Source of the DNA: Gemmatimonadota bacterium
GTDB taxonomy: Bacteria > Gemmatimonadota > Gemmatimonadetes > Gemmatimonadales > GWC2-71-9
Direction: 5' to 3'
NCBI GenBank assembly: GCA_039586365.1
Contig: JBDHKN010000030.1
Span: forward strand, 1-63,273
DNA length: 63,273 nt
Shown piece after piece: positions 38,573-49,223 of the stretch; the stretch's first letter is position 1, and each line of letters opens with the position of its first letter. A model generated the notes under the pieces. That model was not told the origin of the DNA, did no database searches, and saw only the letters and a program-made list of their open reading frames with translations. Made by a program: the position numbers and the translations under genes.

Positions 38573-40423
38573 ATGCTCCTTCGCCGCACTAACCGCCGGT
38601 CCCAGCTGATCTCCCCGCGGTGGCTATTGGTGCTGGGCTTGTGGGGCAACCCCAACTCCTTGGCAGCACAGATCCCGGTCCGGAACCAGGTAGAGCAACC
38701 CAAGGACGCGTTGCTGATCATGCCGCCGCTTCCTCACACGGCTGCGGATTCCAGCTACAGTGTGACGGTGGCAGCTCGTCTCCGCGAGCGCTTCGGTCAT
38801 TGGCATGTTCATGAGGCCAGGCTGATCGAGTTCTGCGAAGCGACCGAGTCCTGCGACGTTCTGGTCCCGGACACGACGGCTCACCACTACGCCCGCAGCA
38901 CCGGTGCCGACTTCTACGTGATCGGGCGGTTGGGACACGACTCAACTCCTTGGGTAGAACTGCGACTGCTCGAGACAGGCCGACGAGGTGGCATCCAGCA
39001 TCAGACCGCTATGCTCACCGTTCAGGCTGATGCTGACCTGCCGCCGGACGTATTCGCCCAGCAGGTAGGCGGAGTGCTCAGCGATACGCTGGCGACCGCT
39101 CTAGGTGCAGCACGCGACGCACGGAGATGCTGGACCGACCTTGTGGACCGACATTACGAGGACGCAAGGAGCCGAGCAGAAGGTGCTTTACGGCGTTTCC
39201 CGAACCACCCGTCAGCAGCAACGTGTCTGTCATACGTATTTGCTGAACGGAACGAGCCAGACAGCCTGATATGGGCGTTGGAGCTGGCGGTGGTGGGCGA
39301 CTCGACGCTGCACCAAGCTTGGGAACGACTGGGCCTGGAATACCTCAGAAGGGGAGATACGGCACGAGCGATCGACGCTCGGGTGCGTGAGGTGCGCGCT
39401 GATCCGCAGGATGTGGAACGGCGGGTACGAATTGCGCGAATGATGGATGAACTCGGACAGCGAGAGGCTGCCGTGACGCTGGTTCGCGAGGGATTGAGTT
39501 ATCCCGGGAATACCTTGGAACTGCGTCGCATCCTGGCACGCATGTGCCTCCTATACGAGATGTGGGAATGCGCCAGGGACGCGCTTGCTGAACAGTTCGC
39601 TCTCGATTCCAGCTTGGCGAGCGACACGACGTTCTATTTCCAGATGATCGGCCTCGCACAGACATTGTCGGACACAGCCCAAGTCGCTAGGTGGACTGGG
39701 GAAGCGGTGATGCGGGTTGAGTCATTGGTGGGACAGGCGTGGGAGCGTGTGGAAACGGCGCGCCAGGAGGCCGAGCGATCGGAACAGGTGTTGACATCAC
39801 TACGGTTGGCTCAGGCGGGAGTGTATGTCGATCTCGGCGATAAGGACGCAGCGCTCGCAGTGTATCACACGATACTCGAACGCGATCCCGACAATGTCCG
39901 AGCGCCGTTGGCTGCAGCACAGCTCCTGACGGACGATCGTTTCTTCATCCTCGAGTCGGCAACACCAGTCGATTCCCACGTACTGAGTGCCGCTGATTCA
40001 CTACTCACGAGCGTTGCGCGACGGTCCGAAGACCATGATGTCTTGGAATCTATCGCCCTTACCTATCTCAACGTGGGCACCCGCCTCGTGCGCAGTCGGA
40101 GGGTACGGGCGACGGCGGTCCGATGGTTGCAGAATGCCGTACGGGTCGACCCCGACGGTACTCTGCAGGGCCGTTCCAACGCGATGCTGGCGGTGGCGAT
40201 TCTCTACCTGTTGGAGGAGGTGGACACTCAGCTTCGCGTCGAGCGAACCTGCGATCTTGCTCAGCTAGAGGCCGACCTCGTTTCTCAAGGGCGCGCTGCA
40301 ATTGGAGCGAGCGAAAGCGAGTATCCCCAGATCGCAGCCGAAGTGACGCCGGGTCTGCAGGCCATCGAGGATTTGATCCCAGAAATCCTTGCAACACTGG
40401 GCTGCAACCACACGGGACGATAG
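38573..40423 (+). CDS. exported TPR-repeat protein
   Basis: Signal peptide, TolB-like N-terminal segment, multiple TPR-like helices. Confidence 0.75.
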   Translation: MLLRRTNRRSQLISPRWLLVLGLWGNPNSLAAQIPVRNQVEQPKDALLIMPPLPHTAADSSYSVTVAARLRERFGHWHVHEARLIEFCEATESCDVLVPDTTAHHYARSTGADFYVIGRLGHDSTPWVELRLLETGRRGGIQHQTAMLTVQADADLPPDVFAQQVGGVLSDTLATALGAARDARRCWTDLVDRHYEDARSRAEGALRRFPNHPSAATCLSYVFAERNEPDSLIWALELAVVGDSTLHQAWERLGLEYLRRGDTARAIDARVREVRADPQDVERRVRIARMMDELGQREAAVTLVREGLSYPGNTLELRRILARMCLLYEMWECARDALAEQFALDSSLASDTTFYFQMIGLAQTLSDTAQVARWTGEAVMRVESLVGQAWERVETARQEAERSEQVLTSLRLAQAGVYVDLGDKDAALAVYHTILERDPDNVRAPLAAAQLLTDDRFFILESATPVDSHVLSAADSLLTSVARRSEDHDVLESIALTYLNVGTRLVRSRRVRATAVRWLQNAVRVDPDGTLQGRSNAMLAVAILYLLEEVDTQLRVERTCDLAQLEADLVSQGRAAIGASESEYPQIAAEVTPGLQAIEDLIPEILATLGCNHTGR

Positions 40424-40443
40424 GGAATCAGCTGGCGGCCGTC

Positions 40444-41058
40444 CTACCCTCGATATCTGAACTTCCCCGTTCGTCCTTCAACGGTCACGCGCGGCAATGG
40501 TGCCACACGCACCAATAGTCGCCTTGCAGTTCGAGTCACCAAGCCAGGACGGCGGCGTCTCAACGAGTCCACGCTTTCGCCCTTTAGCCAGGCAAAAACC
40601 TCATCCACGTCTTCGTCGTCCAGCGTACGGACGCTAACCACTGCACGATAGTAGAATTCACCTTCACCGTCAGGCTCCAGACCGACCTCATATACCGATC
40701 CCAATGCCCGCCGCAGATTGCTGGAATTGGTAACCACCGCTGTCCCTGCACTGTCTTCCATGGCGAACCGCTCCCGCACGGGATCGTAGAGGACGACAAA
40801 CTCCCATTCGACCCGCGCAACTGTTCGATCCCAGAGCGGTCTTGCCTCCCTCAACTCGACCGAGTATTGCAGGTGTAGCGGAAATCCAGATTCCATGGCT
40901 CTGAGATAACGATCGTCTGACAATAGGTTGTGCAGAGTCACGTATGCTTCCGGAACTTCGGCGGCACTCAACTCCACGCTGACCTTGGCCGGATCCTGAG
41001 CCAAGAATACCGGCGTCAAAGTCAGGGCGAAGCCAAACGCTACATGCGCGGGCCGCAC
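40444..41058 (-). CDS. DUF4390-like exported protein
   Basis: A..SGFPL.L.Y.VEL...R..WD......V.YDP pattern; signal peptide. Confidence 0.7.
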   Translation of the reverse strand: MRPAHVAFGFALTLTPVFLAQDPAKVSVELSAAEVPEAYVTLHNLLSDDRYLRAMESGFPLHLQYSVELREARPLWDRTVARVEWEFVVLYDPVRERFAMEDSAGTAVVTNSSNLRRALGSVYEVGLEPDGEGEFYYRAVVSVRTLDDEDVDEVFAWLKGESVDSLRRRRPGLVTRTARRLLVRVAPLPRVTVEGRTGKFRYRG

Positions 41059-41060
41059 TA

Positions 41061-42785
41061 TCAGAAGCGACGCTCGATTCTCAGAGTCCAGCGCACAGGC
41101 TCACCTTCCTGAAGGGCTTTGGCTACGTAGATGCCGGCAGCCCCGAATTCGATACCGGCACCAATGTCGAACTTGAGGGCACCGACGTCCTCCCCTTCGA
41201 GCCACCCGGCTCCGGCGTTGCTGAAGAGGACAACTGTCGGTCCATCGAACCAGAACCAGCCATCCCAATCCCAGAAGTCAGACTCTGGATGCGGCTCGGG
41301 CTGCAACCAAAAGTCGTCCTCGAACCAATCGAACCCGACATCTCCCCGGTACTCCGCTTGAAACAGCAACACATGGTCGCACAGACCCGGCAGTGACGAA
41401 TCGATAACAGCCTCGTTGCAGGCGAAGGCTCGAAAGGAGTAACCGTTCATCGGATCAGGTCCGCCCAGTGAATACCGTCGCTGAATGGGGAGCGGATCAC
41501 GACCCAGCGTCCCGGCCCAGAACCCTCGCAACCTCAACTGCCCACCCCAGTCGACACGCTGGTAAAGTCGTATATCCAACAGTCCTCGGTCCCAGGTGTA
41601 AGACTGCAGGGGGAGTGGCTCTCGCACCAACGGCGGAAGCGGTCGTGGAACGATGTCTGCGCCGATTCCACGATCCCACTGGATGCGCAACAAGACGCCT
41701 GAACGCCGCGAGCGATACAAACGTCTCGAGTCGAATTCGGCCATTGCCGATATGAGCGTGAACTCTCCCTCATCGATCGTAGGGTTGGGACGCCATTCCT
41801 CATCCCTGCGAAACAGTGTCCAAGGATCCCGGCTAGCAATTGAATGCTCTTCAACCTGGGCGACCTCTCCGGAAAGACGCACACCGGGCGCCGGTTCGAT
41901 CGTGACAAAGCCGGCCATTCCGCGCTGCAGGAAGTAGTCGCGGTAATCGCGATGCCATAGGAAGGTTGCCCAACCAACCTCGTTGAGTTGGAGCGGCCAA
42001 TCCTGCATGGGAGCGACCACATCGAAGTAGCGGCCGCCCAACGTGAGATTCCGAGTGCGGCCGAACCGGATGCTGGCATCGACGTTGTACCCGATGTCTT
42101 CACGGGACACATCGTGATCTTCGGAAAAGACCTCATCCAGTTCGCCTGCGGTCCGAAAGACTCCGTAGCCACGGATTCGCGCGCGTACGTCTCTGCTCCG
42201 CCACTCAAGCTTTGCACCTAACCTGAGTGGGAGTCCTTCCACCCGGTTGTACGTGCCCCCCGGATCGAGCAGCAATGAGAAGCGGCTGCGGACCGGATAT
42301 CGAGCTCGTCTGCGCGGTTGCTGCTCGCGAGGCGGTGGCACGACCAACGCAAGCCGATCACCCAAGAGACGCACATTCGCCCGTTCACTGTAGCGCCTGA
42401 GGCCACCGCCGACGTAGGCACCTTCTTCGTCGAGCAGCAGGCCACCTAGCACCAACACGTCTCCTGCGATCTCCGCGCCCGAGCGGATCTCGACATCCGC
42501 GTTAATCGCCACGAGATCACCCTCGATCACACCATCCACCACCAACGGGCCATTCAGCACCGCGACGTTGCCGGCGTACCGCGAGCCGCGCTCCATGGTG
42601 AGTGCGCCGATCACCCTGGTCGTCGCGGGACGGTTGAAGAAATCGACCGCCCACTGTTCGATCCACGATACCCGGGATGGTTCCTGCCCTGGACGGACTA
42701 CCACCACGGTGTCTTGGCCAGCCATACCGCGCTGGACCGAGGTGAACAGCAGGACTCCAAGGACCAGGGGGCGTAACGCCAACAT
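41061..42785 (-). CDS. outer-membrane protein: bactofilin-like beta-helix plus Omp85/BamA-like barrel
   Basis: GNVAVLNG.L.VDG.IEGDLVAINAD repeats; YNRVEGL; LGGP..M.GY lid motif; C-terminal Phe. Confidence 0.72.
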   Translation of the reverse strand: MLALRPLVLGVLLFTSVQRGMAGQDTVVVVRPGQEPSRVSWIEQWAVDFFNRPATTRVIGALTMERGSRYAGNVAVLNGPLVVDGVIEGDLVAINADVEIRSGAEIAGDVLVLGGLLLDEEGAYVGGGLRRYSERANVRLLGDRLALVVPPPREQQPRRRARYPVRSRFSLLLDPGGTYNRVEGLPLRLGAKLEWRSRDVRARIRGYGVFRTAGELDEVFSEDHDVSREDIGYNVDASIRFGRTRNLTLGGRYFDVVAPMQDWPLQLNEVGWATFLWHRDYRDYFLQRGMAGFVTIEPAPGVRLSGEVAQVEEHSIASRDPWTLFRRDEEWRPNPTIDEGEFTLISAMAEFDSRRLYRSRRSGVLLRIQWDRGIGADIVPRPLPPLVREPLPLQSYTWDRGLLDIRLYQRVDWGGQLRLRGFWAGTLGRDPLPIQRRYSLGGPDPMNGYSFRAFACNEAVIDSSLPGLCDHVLLFQAEYRGDVGFDWFEDDFWLQPEPHPESDFWDWDGWFWFDGPTVVLFSNAGAGWLEGEDVGALKFDIGAGIEFGAAGIYVAKALQEGEPVRWTLRIERRF

Positions 42786-43009
42786 CAAGGAGCCACCAGC
42801 GTGTCGCGCACGAAGAGATCCAGAGGGCCCGCGGCGACTTCGACTTCTTGTCGCTCCGCCCGCACCAACTCGAGCTTGAACTGTAACTGGAGTTCGTATC
42901 CCAGAAATCGAACAGAGTCGTCGAATTCCGCAACGACGACTCTGCGGTCGAGATGAGCTTGCGCCAACGCGCACAACACAATGAGAACAACCGCAGCCGG
43001 TCTGATCAT
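42785..43009 (-). CDS. small hypothetical exported protein (74 aa)
   Basis: GGAGGTG RBS, signal-like N-terminus, stop overlaps the next start (TGATG). Confidence 0.55.
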   Translation of the reverse strand: MIRPAAVVLIVLCALAQAHLDRRVVVAEFDDSVRFLGYELQLQFKLELVRAERQEVEVAAGPLDLFVRDTLVAP

Positions 43010-43030
43010 ATTCACCTCCGACCCGCTCAA

Positions 43031-43047
43031 TTGCACGGTATGTACCG
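43031..43047 (-). promoter_or_regulatory. sigma54 (-24/-12) promoter
   Basis: Minus strand CGGTACATACCGTGCAA = GG-N10-GC, just upstream of the 43009 start. Confidence 0.6.
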
Positions 43048-43122
43048 GCCGGAGTTGTAATCGTAAGTTGCTTTTACTCAAGGTGTTACAGACTTCAATT
43101 GGCATGGTGCACGCCGGAAAGC

Positions 43123-43156
43123 GTGTCACTTAGACACATTAGTGTCGCTTCGACTC
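43123..43156. promoter_or_regulatory. tandem palindromic candidate enhancer sites
   Basis: GTGTC-N5-GACAC (43123-43137) and GTGTC-N5-GACTC (43142-43156), about 80-110 bp upstream of the sigma54 motif. Confidence 0.5.
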
Positions 43157-44514
43157 AGGTTCAAGCGACGCATCCGCCGATAGAGATTACCGCGGTCGGT
43201 TTTCAACCGACGTGCCGCTTCCGCCACGTTACCGTCAGCCTCCCTGAGCGCACGGCTGATGAGTTCGGCTTCGTAAAGCTCCAGGGCTGCCGCCAAATCC
43301 GCGGTGCCGCCCGCGATGGGCGACCCGGGAACAGATCCTCGGGCCCTGCCAGATGGCAGCACTCCGGCCACGTCTTCGGCCGACACCGTCCCGCCAGCAC
43401 CAACGATGGTCAAGCGCTCGACCACATTGGCCAACTCACGCACGTTGCCTGGCCAGTTGTAAGCATGCATTCGATCAATAGCATCTGGCCCAAACACGAG
43501 GGCCGGGCGTGCGCACTTCGCTCCTGCCAGAATCGCGAAACGCTGAACCAACTCGGACAGGTCTTCCAACCGGTCGCGGAGTGGCGGAACGTGAATCGGA
43601 AAAACGTTCAGTCGAAAGAGGAGATCCTCGCGGAAGCTGCCGACCGCTGTATGGCGCGCGAGGTCCTTGTTGGTTGCCGCGATCACGCGCACGTCGACTA
43701 GCTTCTCCCGTTCCCCTCCCACACGTTCGATCGTTCCAGTCTCCAGTACCCGAAGCAGCTTCGCCTGCAGCTCGGGGTGCATGTCACCAACCTCATCGAG
43801 AAACAGGGTGCTGCGGTCAGCCAGTTCGAACTTACCGTGCCGGCGCGATACCGCTCCGGTGAACGCGCCTCGCTCGTGTCCGAACATCTCGCTCTCGAGC
43901 AGTTCACGGGGAACCGCTGCGCAGTTGAGGCTCACCATCGGGCGCCCAGCGCGCGGGCTGCGCAAGTGAATCGCCCTGGCCACCAACTCTTTGCCCGTCC
44001 CGGACTCGCCCGTGATCAGCACTCGTGCTGGCGTGGGCGCTACCTGTGACACTAGGTTGCGCACCTCTCCCATTACGCGGCTAGAGCCGATGATGTCAGA
44101 GGTTCCGGTCAGTTCCGCTCTGAGCGCGCGATTCTCCGCACGCGCCTGTGCCAGCTCCACGGCAGCCCTGATGGTGGTGAGTACGCCTTCTGGGGTGAGT
44201 GGCTTCTCCAAGAATTGGAAGGCCCCCAGTTTTGTCGCCCGAACGGCGTCGTCCAGCGTCGCCTTGCCACTCATCATAACGACCACGCTGTCGACCTGCC
44301 TCGCCTTCAGCTGCTCCAGAGCAGCGATCCCGTCGGGACCCGGTTCCATCACTAAGTCGAGCAAGATCACGTCGGGCTCGGCCCGTTCACAGGTGGCAAC
44401 AGCAGCGGCAGTTCCGTCCGCCTCCTCCACCTCGTATGACTCGGCCTCGAGCAGTGACCGCAACATGCTTCGCAGGTTCCTCTCGTCATCGACTATGAGC
44501 ACGCTAGCGGTCAC
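43126..44514 (-). CDS. sigma54-dependent response regulator (NtrC/NtrX/AtoC family)
   Basis: REC domain (LIVDDE, LLD), GESGTGKE, GAFTGA, FLDEVG, WPGNVREL, Fis-type HTH. Confidence 0.94.
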   Translation of the reverse strand: MTASVLIVDDERNLRSMLRSLLEAESYEVEEADGTAAAVATCERAEPDVILLDLVMEPGPDGIAALEQLKARQVDSVVVMMSGKATLDDAVRATKLGAFQFLEKPLTPEGVLTTIRAAVELAQARAENRALRAELTGTSDIIGSSRVMGEVRNLVSQVAPTPARVLITGESGTGKELVARAIHLRSPRAGRPMVSLNCAAVPRELLESEMFGHERGAFTGAVSRRHGKFELADRSTLFLDEVGDMHPELQAKLLRVLETGTIERVGGEREKLVDVRVIAATNKDLARHTAVGSFREDLLFRLNVFPIHVPPLRDRLEDLSELVQRFAILAGAKCARPALVFGPDAIDRMHAYNWPGNVRELANVVERLTIVGAGGTVSAEDVAGVLPSGRARGSVPGSPIAGGTADLAAALELYEAELISRALREADGNVAEAARRLKTDRGNLYRRMRRLNLSRSDTNVSK

Positions 44515-45683
44515 GCCAGCTCCGGAAGGGTGATCACGAATGCAGCGCCTCCTCCTGGTGCATCTTGAACCTCGATCATTCCACCGTGCGCGACTACCGT
44601 CTGGCGCACGAGCGCCAATCCAAGACCGGTTCCCCGCTCTTTGGTAGTGAAGTAAGGATCGAAGACTCTCGCTTTTTGCTCGTCGGGAACTCCAGGTCCG
44701 CAATCGGAGATTGAGAGCCTTACGTGGCCATCGGAGTGCTGCAGTTTGATCTCTATGCCGGCACCCCCGGTAACCTCCAGGGCGTTGTTCAGCAGATTCT
44801 GGACTGCACGGCGCAAGGGCTCGAAATGGCCCCTGATCATCACACCGACTGGGATTTCTGATCGAACGGGAATCCCTGGAGGCACAGTCGCGTTGACCAC
44901 ACTGGCAATCAGTTCGTCCATAGAGATCTCCGCTTCCGGCCCTTCTGGCAGTCGCCCGAATTCGGAGAATTCCTGTGCCATCCGCGAAAGCCGCTCCGTC
45001 TCTTGCCGCAACACAATGGTCACTTGCTCGTCGGCCATGGTCTTCAGTTGCCTCAGGGCAAGTTGTGAAGCTGTGAGCGGCCCCCGCATCTCGTGGGCCA
45101 CTCTACGAGCTGTCTCACGAAAGGCTCGCAGCCGTTCCTGTTCCAGTTCCTTGCGCTGTGCCTCGTCTAATGCCCCAGACATCTGGTGCAGTGCCGACTT
45201 GAGCGCGTCGAATTCCGGGGCAGCGTGGCTACCTGCAGCAGAAGGTAGTGGTTCGCGACGTTCAATGCGCCGCACCCACTCAACTAGCTCCTCTATTGGT
45301 GCAGAAACGAAGCCTGACCAGCGGCCCGCAAGCACCAGAGAAGCGACCACCAGGATTATGGCCACGATGAAGATCAGTAGGCCGAGTGCGCCCGCCGCGA
45401 AGCGAGTCAACGTTTCGGCCCTTCGCGCCAAGGTGGTCCGGCGAGCGATGACCTCGGCGTGAGCGTGCAGGGAACCCCTGACCTCCGGAGTGAGCATAGC
45501 CGTGTCCACCACACTCATCAGTCGCTGACCGCTTTCGGTGATCTCGTCTAGAGCAGCGCGAGGACCCGCGGGCGATCCCGTTGATCGAACCTGGAGTGCC
45601 AGGATTAGCAGAGCCATGGCCAGCGGGAGCGTCCCCAACCCAACCATTGTGAGGAATAGGCGGCGTCGAAAAGTCAGACGCAT
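44511..45683 (-). CDS. HAMP-domain sensor histidine kinase (NtrY-like)
   Basis: Two TMs, ARRVAHEMRGPLT H-box, NLLNNA, DCGPG, FDPYFTTK, GTGLGL. Confidence 0.92.
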   Translation of the reverse strand: MRLTFRRRLFLTMVGLGTLPLAMALLILALQVRSTGSPAGPRAALDEITESGQRLMSVVDTAMLTPEVRGSLHAHAEVIARRTTLARRAETLTRFAAGALGLLIFIVAIILVVASLVLAGRWSGFVSAPIEELVEWVRRIERREPLPSAAGSHAAPEFDALKSALHQMSGALDEAQRKELEQERLRAFRETARRVAHEMRGPLTASQLALRQLKTMADEQVTIVLRQETERLSRMAQEFSEFGRLPEGPEAEISMDELIASVVNATVPPGIPVRSEIPVGVMIRGHFEPLRRAVQNLLNNALEVTGGAGIEIKLQHSDGHVRLSISDCGPGVPDEQKARVFDPYFTTKERGTGLGLALVRQTVVAHGGMIEVQDAPGGGAAFVITLPELA

Positions 45684-45771
45684 GGTGACTGTCTTGTCGG
45701 CGGAGTGAGAGCCTGCAATTCCCCGTCACCTCTCTCAGGTACCAGACGCGGCGTGTCCTTTAGTTACGAGG

Positions 45772-47073
45772 TCACTGGAGCTGCGACGCGTCGATCCTGG
45801 TCGGTGTGGCCTCACCTGACACAATCGGCATCGCAGCTCTAGCGACGGCGCGGATTGTTGTCGTCATGAGATCGAGATCGAGTGTCTCGATCTCATCGCT
45901 CACCTGATGGTAGTCCTCCTCACTCTCGAGAGTCGTAGTGCTTATGGTATGCGCCGGCACACCCAGACGTGCCAGTGTCGCATTATCTGACCGATAGAAG
46001 AGGTTCTGATCCGGTTGCGGATCGGCATAAAAAGAAAATTCGGTGCCGTCCATTGACCGTGCGAGAATGGCTCCGAAATCTGACTTTTCATAACCAGTTA
46101 TCCACGCTGCATTGGGTCGATCCTTCGCCGGCTTTCCGATCATTTCAATATTGAACATGGCCACGATCTGATCTGGATCTAGCTGCTGGGAAAAGTACTC
46201 CGACCCGAAACCACCACTCTCCTCGGCGGTGAACGCCACGAACACTAGCGTTCTCTCCGGCCTTCCCTGTGCCTTGAAGAACTTGGCCAACTCTATCACC
46301 GCGGTCGTGCCGGTCGCATTGTCATTGGCGCCGTTCGCCACGGAGTCGCCATCGACTGCCGGGCGGACGCCAATGTGATCGTAGTGTGCTGAGAACAGGA
46401 CGATCTCGTCGCGACTGCGTCCCGGTATCGTGCCTACGACGTTGGCAAGTTCACTTTCACTCACCGCGTTGGTCAATGCGATATCGTACGAGTTGGCGCG
46501 GGTTTGGTTAGTCAACACGAAGACCGCATTGCCCCCACTGCCCAATTCCATGGTCCGTCGTGACTCCGACATGAACGACCGGAGTCGGTCGAAGAAGCCA
46601 CGATGACGCTCGTTCATCAGTACCAAGAGGTCCTCTTCACTACTTCGTATTGAAGCAAAGGTTTGCATCGCGTTGTCGCCTGGCCCCACCGTCACCACCT
46701 CCACATCGTCACCAGTGGCCCACCGAATCTCTGCAACATTCACCGAAAAGAAATAGCGATCAGTCGGCATTTCGCGCCCGTTCAACACGACCCGGTGGCT
46801 TTCCGGCGTAAGGCTGTACATGTGGAACTGCTGTCTGTAACCTTGCAGGCCGTCATACTTTTCGAGCCCAATTGAGGAAAACTCCTGCTCAATGAACGCA
46901 GCTGCCATCTCGATTCCGGGGGTGAACGTTCGCCGTCCTTCCATGGAGTCGGCACTCAGAGTGGAGAGTATCCGTTCAACCTCCGCGCGATTGATCAGTG
47001 CCTCCGGGGACCGGTCGGTGAAACACCCCGCCCCAAGACACACGATTGCTAGTCCAGTCCACACCGATCTCAT
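45772..47073 (-). CDS. M28 family peptidase lipoprotein
   Basis: Lipobox GAGC; SAHYDH, NGANDNATG, AEE, NIEMIG, RSDN, YH. Confidence 0.92.
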   Translation of the reverse strand: MRSVWTGLAIVCLGAGCFTDRSPEALINRAEVERILSTLSADSMEGRRTFTPGIEMAAAFIEQEFSSIGLEKYDGLQGYRQQFHMYSLTPESHRVVLNGREMPTDRYFFSVNVAEIRWATGDDVEVVTVGPGDNAMQTFASIRSSEEDLLVLMNERHRGFFDRLRSFMSESRRTMELGSGGNAVFVLTNQTRANSYDIALTNAVSESELANVVGTIPGRSRDEIVLFSAHYDHIGVRPAVDGDSVANGANDNATGTTAVIELAKFFKAQGRPERTLVFVAFTAEESGGFGSEYFSQQLDPDQIVAMFNIEMIGKPAKDRPNAAWITGYEKSDFGAILARSMDGTEFSFYADPQPDQNLFYRSDNATLARLGVPAHTISTTTLESEEDYHQVSDEIETLDLDLMTTTIRAVARAAMPIVSGEATPTRIDASQLQ

Positions 47074-47132
47074 TCGATGAATCTCCTATCAATCTCGCTG
47101 TTGCAGATTTGAAAGAACCTCGGGTGTTGCCG

Positions 47133-49155
47133 TCAGACCGATTCCAGCGTGAGCACTTCAAATGGAGCAAGATCAACGGTATGCCGGCTCCCCGCCTGTA
47201 AATCGATTCGTGGCCGGGTGCTGTCCTCCACCCACGGACTGTGCATGCGATAGTGTTCCGGCGCATCCTCGGGGAGTTCAAACACCTCAGCCACATCAAA
47301 AGTGTACGATTGCGGCTCGTCCTTGGGGTTCCTGAGTACTAGGGTTCCTCTGTCGTCGGCCCATGCAGCCCAACCGTACACCTCTAGGTTCTGAGGATCG
47401 CCACCCACCCAATGGGTGTCCACCAGCACATCTGAATTGCGCCGTGCCCATTTGGCCGCCTCCGCAAGCCTATCCCAATCCTCAGTCGTGAGCAGGGACG
47501 GCGTAACATACATTTCTTGTAGCTGGGTGCCGGTTCCGAAATACGAGCGGATCTCGGCAGCGAAGTCTCCCTCCGGATCAGTGTGCAGGTCGCGAGCGTG
47601 CCTTGCGTAGATCAGACCGTGCAGCATTAGCGAGTTGAGCGGAAAGAGCGGCCCCTTCTGCACGATCCCGCTGTACGTATCCCCGTCACGGTAGGTGATC
47701 CAGCGTTGGCGGTTCGACCCCACGCCTGCGAACTCGTGGTCGCGACCTCCACGCCATATTGAATCGGCGTAGCGGAGGAAGAACGGTGAAGGGTAGGTGC
47801 CTGTCGTGAGATTGACGTACAAGTCCGGCCGTTCGGAGCGGAGATCCCCTATCAAATGGATCATCGCGTCGTAGTCACTGTCGAATTGACTGCCGGGAAT
47901 GACGCGGGTAGCGTTCCCGGTTCCATCGAACTTGAATTGATTGACACCATACTCTCTGATCATTGTAAGACACGTTTCCCGGAACCGCTGGTAGTAGCTG
48001 GGACCCGACAGCGCAAAACGACCCTCAATCGTCTCGAATCCCTGCTCCCTACCGTAAGCAACTCGGTCGTGCCGCGGCCTCACGTAACTGGGTGAAACCA
48101 CGGGGAAAACCTTCATGAAAGCGCCACAGTGTCTGTGGGTCATCCCAGCCATCGTCGAACAAGAAGGAGTCGAGTTGGACGCCGCGTCGTTCTGCCAGTT
48201 CGGTACCGTACGCCACGATGACCGCTAACGCTGCCCTCTCGTCGTACTTGCTGAAGTAGCCTATGTCATACCACGAGTTGTAGTGTAGGAAAGCGCGGTG
48301 TGGGTGAGCGCGCTCTCGCTCGATGTACTCGAGGAACGTGCGTCTCCGCTGCCCGTGCGACGTCGCTCCCACCACCGAGGATACTGCGAGTGCAGTGCCG
48401 GCTCTCAAGGGTAGCTCTCTGGGCAACATTGCCGTGGCCCGGCCCTGCTCCACCCTACTCACTGAGAGTGGGTGCTCGAATCCGACAAACCAGGTATCAC
48501 CCACGATTGGTGAACCCCGCACCGCCCCCACCAACTGCGAACCTGGCAGATCCATATCGACTAATCGGATCTCTCTGATCGGCACCTCCTCTGCCACACT
48601 CTCGATTGTGATCTCTTGCCGGATGTAACGGGAGCCATCCCGCAGTATTCCACGCCAGCGCACCCGCAAACGATTGCCACGATCCCTCAAACGAACGGTG
48701 ACTTGGCGCCCACCCATCTGGGCCGACAACCGTGCCGCACCCCGTTCAGGATCGAGACTCCTTACCTCAGGTCCCCCTAGTACTTCCATTTCGCTTGAAT
48801 GGATGACGGCGGCATCTTCCATCGTGATTTGGAATGCGCTCTCATTGGGAGTAACCGTCTTTCCCGCGACACGATCGGATATCAAGAGAGCACGGAAGCG
48901 GCCATCAGCCACCGACCACTTCGCACTGAGAGTGTCGTTTGACATTGTCCAGTCAGCACCTTCCCGGAACACTCGTGCCACCCCGGCAGTGTCGCGTGAT
49001 CCGGAGTCGCATGAATCCAGCATGAGCGGTAGACTGGCGACACCCACCCCGGCGCCCAATGCGCGCCCTAAGAAGTCACGTCTGCTGATCGAGTTGTGCG
49101 GACCGTTTGGGGCCACTGAAGGCTCACGGATGGTGTGCACGGTTCTCATTCCCAT
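47133..49155 (-). pseudogene. Tat-exported alpha-galactosidase-like (GH36/GH27-like) TIM-barrel protein, frameshifted near 48070
   Basis: SRRDFL Tat motif; YNSW and FDDGWD in the upstream ORF; FKFDG and DSIWRGG in the downstream ORF in another frame. Confidence 0.72.
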
Positions 49156-49223
49156 GACGGAGCTGTGGGCACAAGAATGTGGCTGCTAGACAGAGATAGC
49201 AAGACGCGGGATGATGTGACCGG

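Noticed and set aside
43100..43116. Second GG-N10-GC motif on the plus strand (TGGCATGGTGCACGC)
   Set aside because: It points antisense into the regulator gene with no downstream ORF, and the -12 context is poor.
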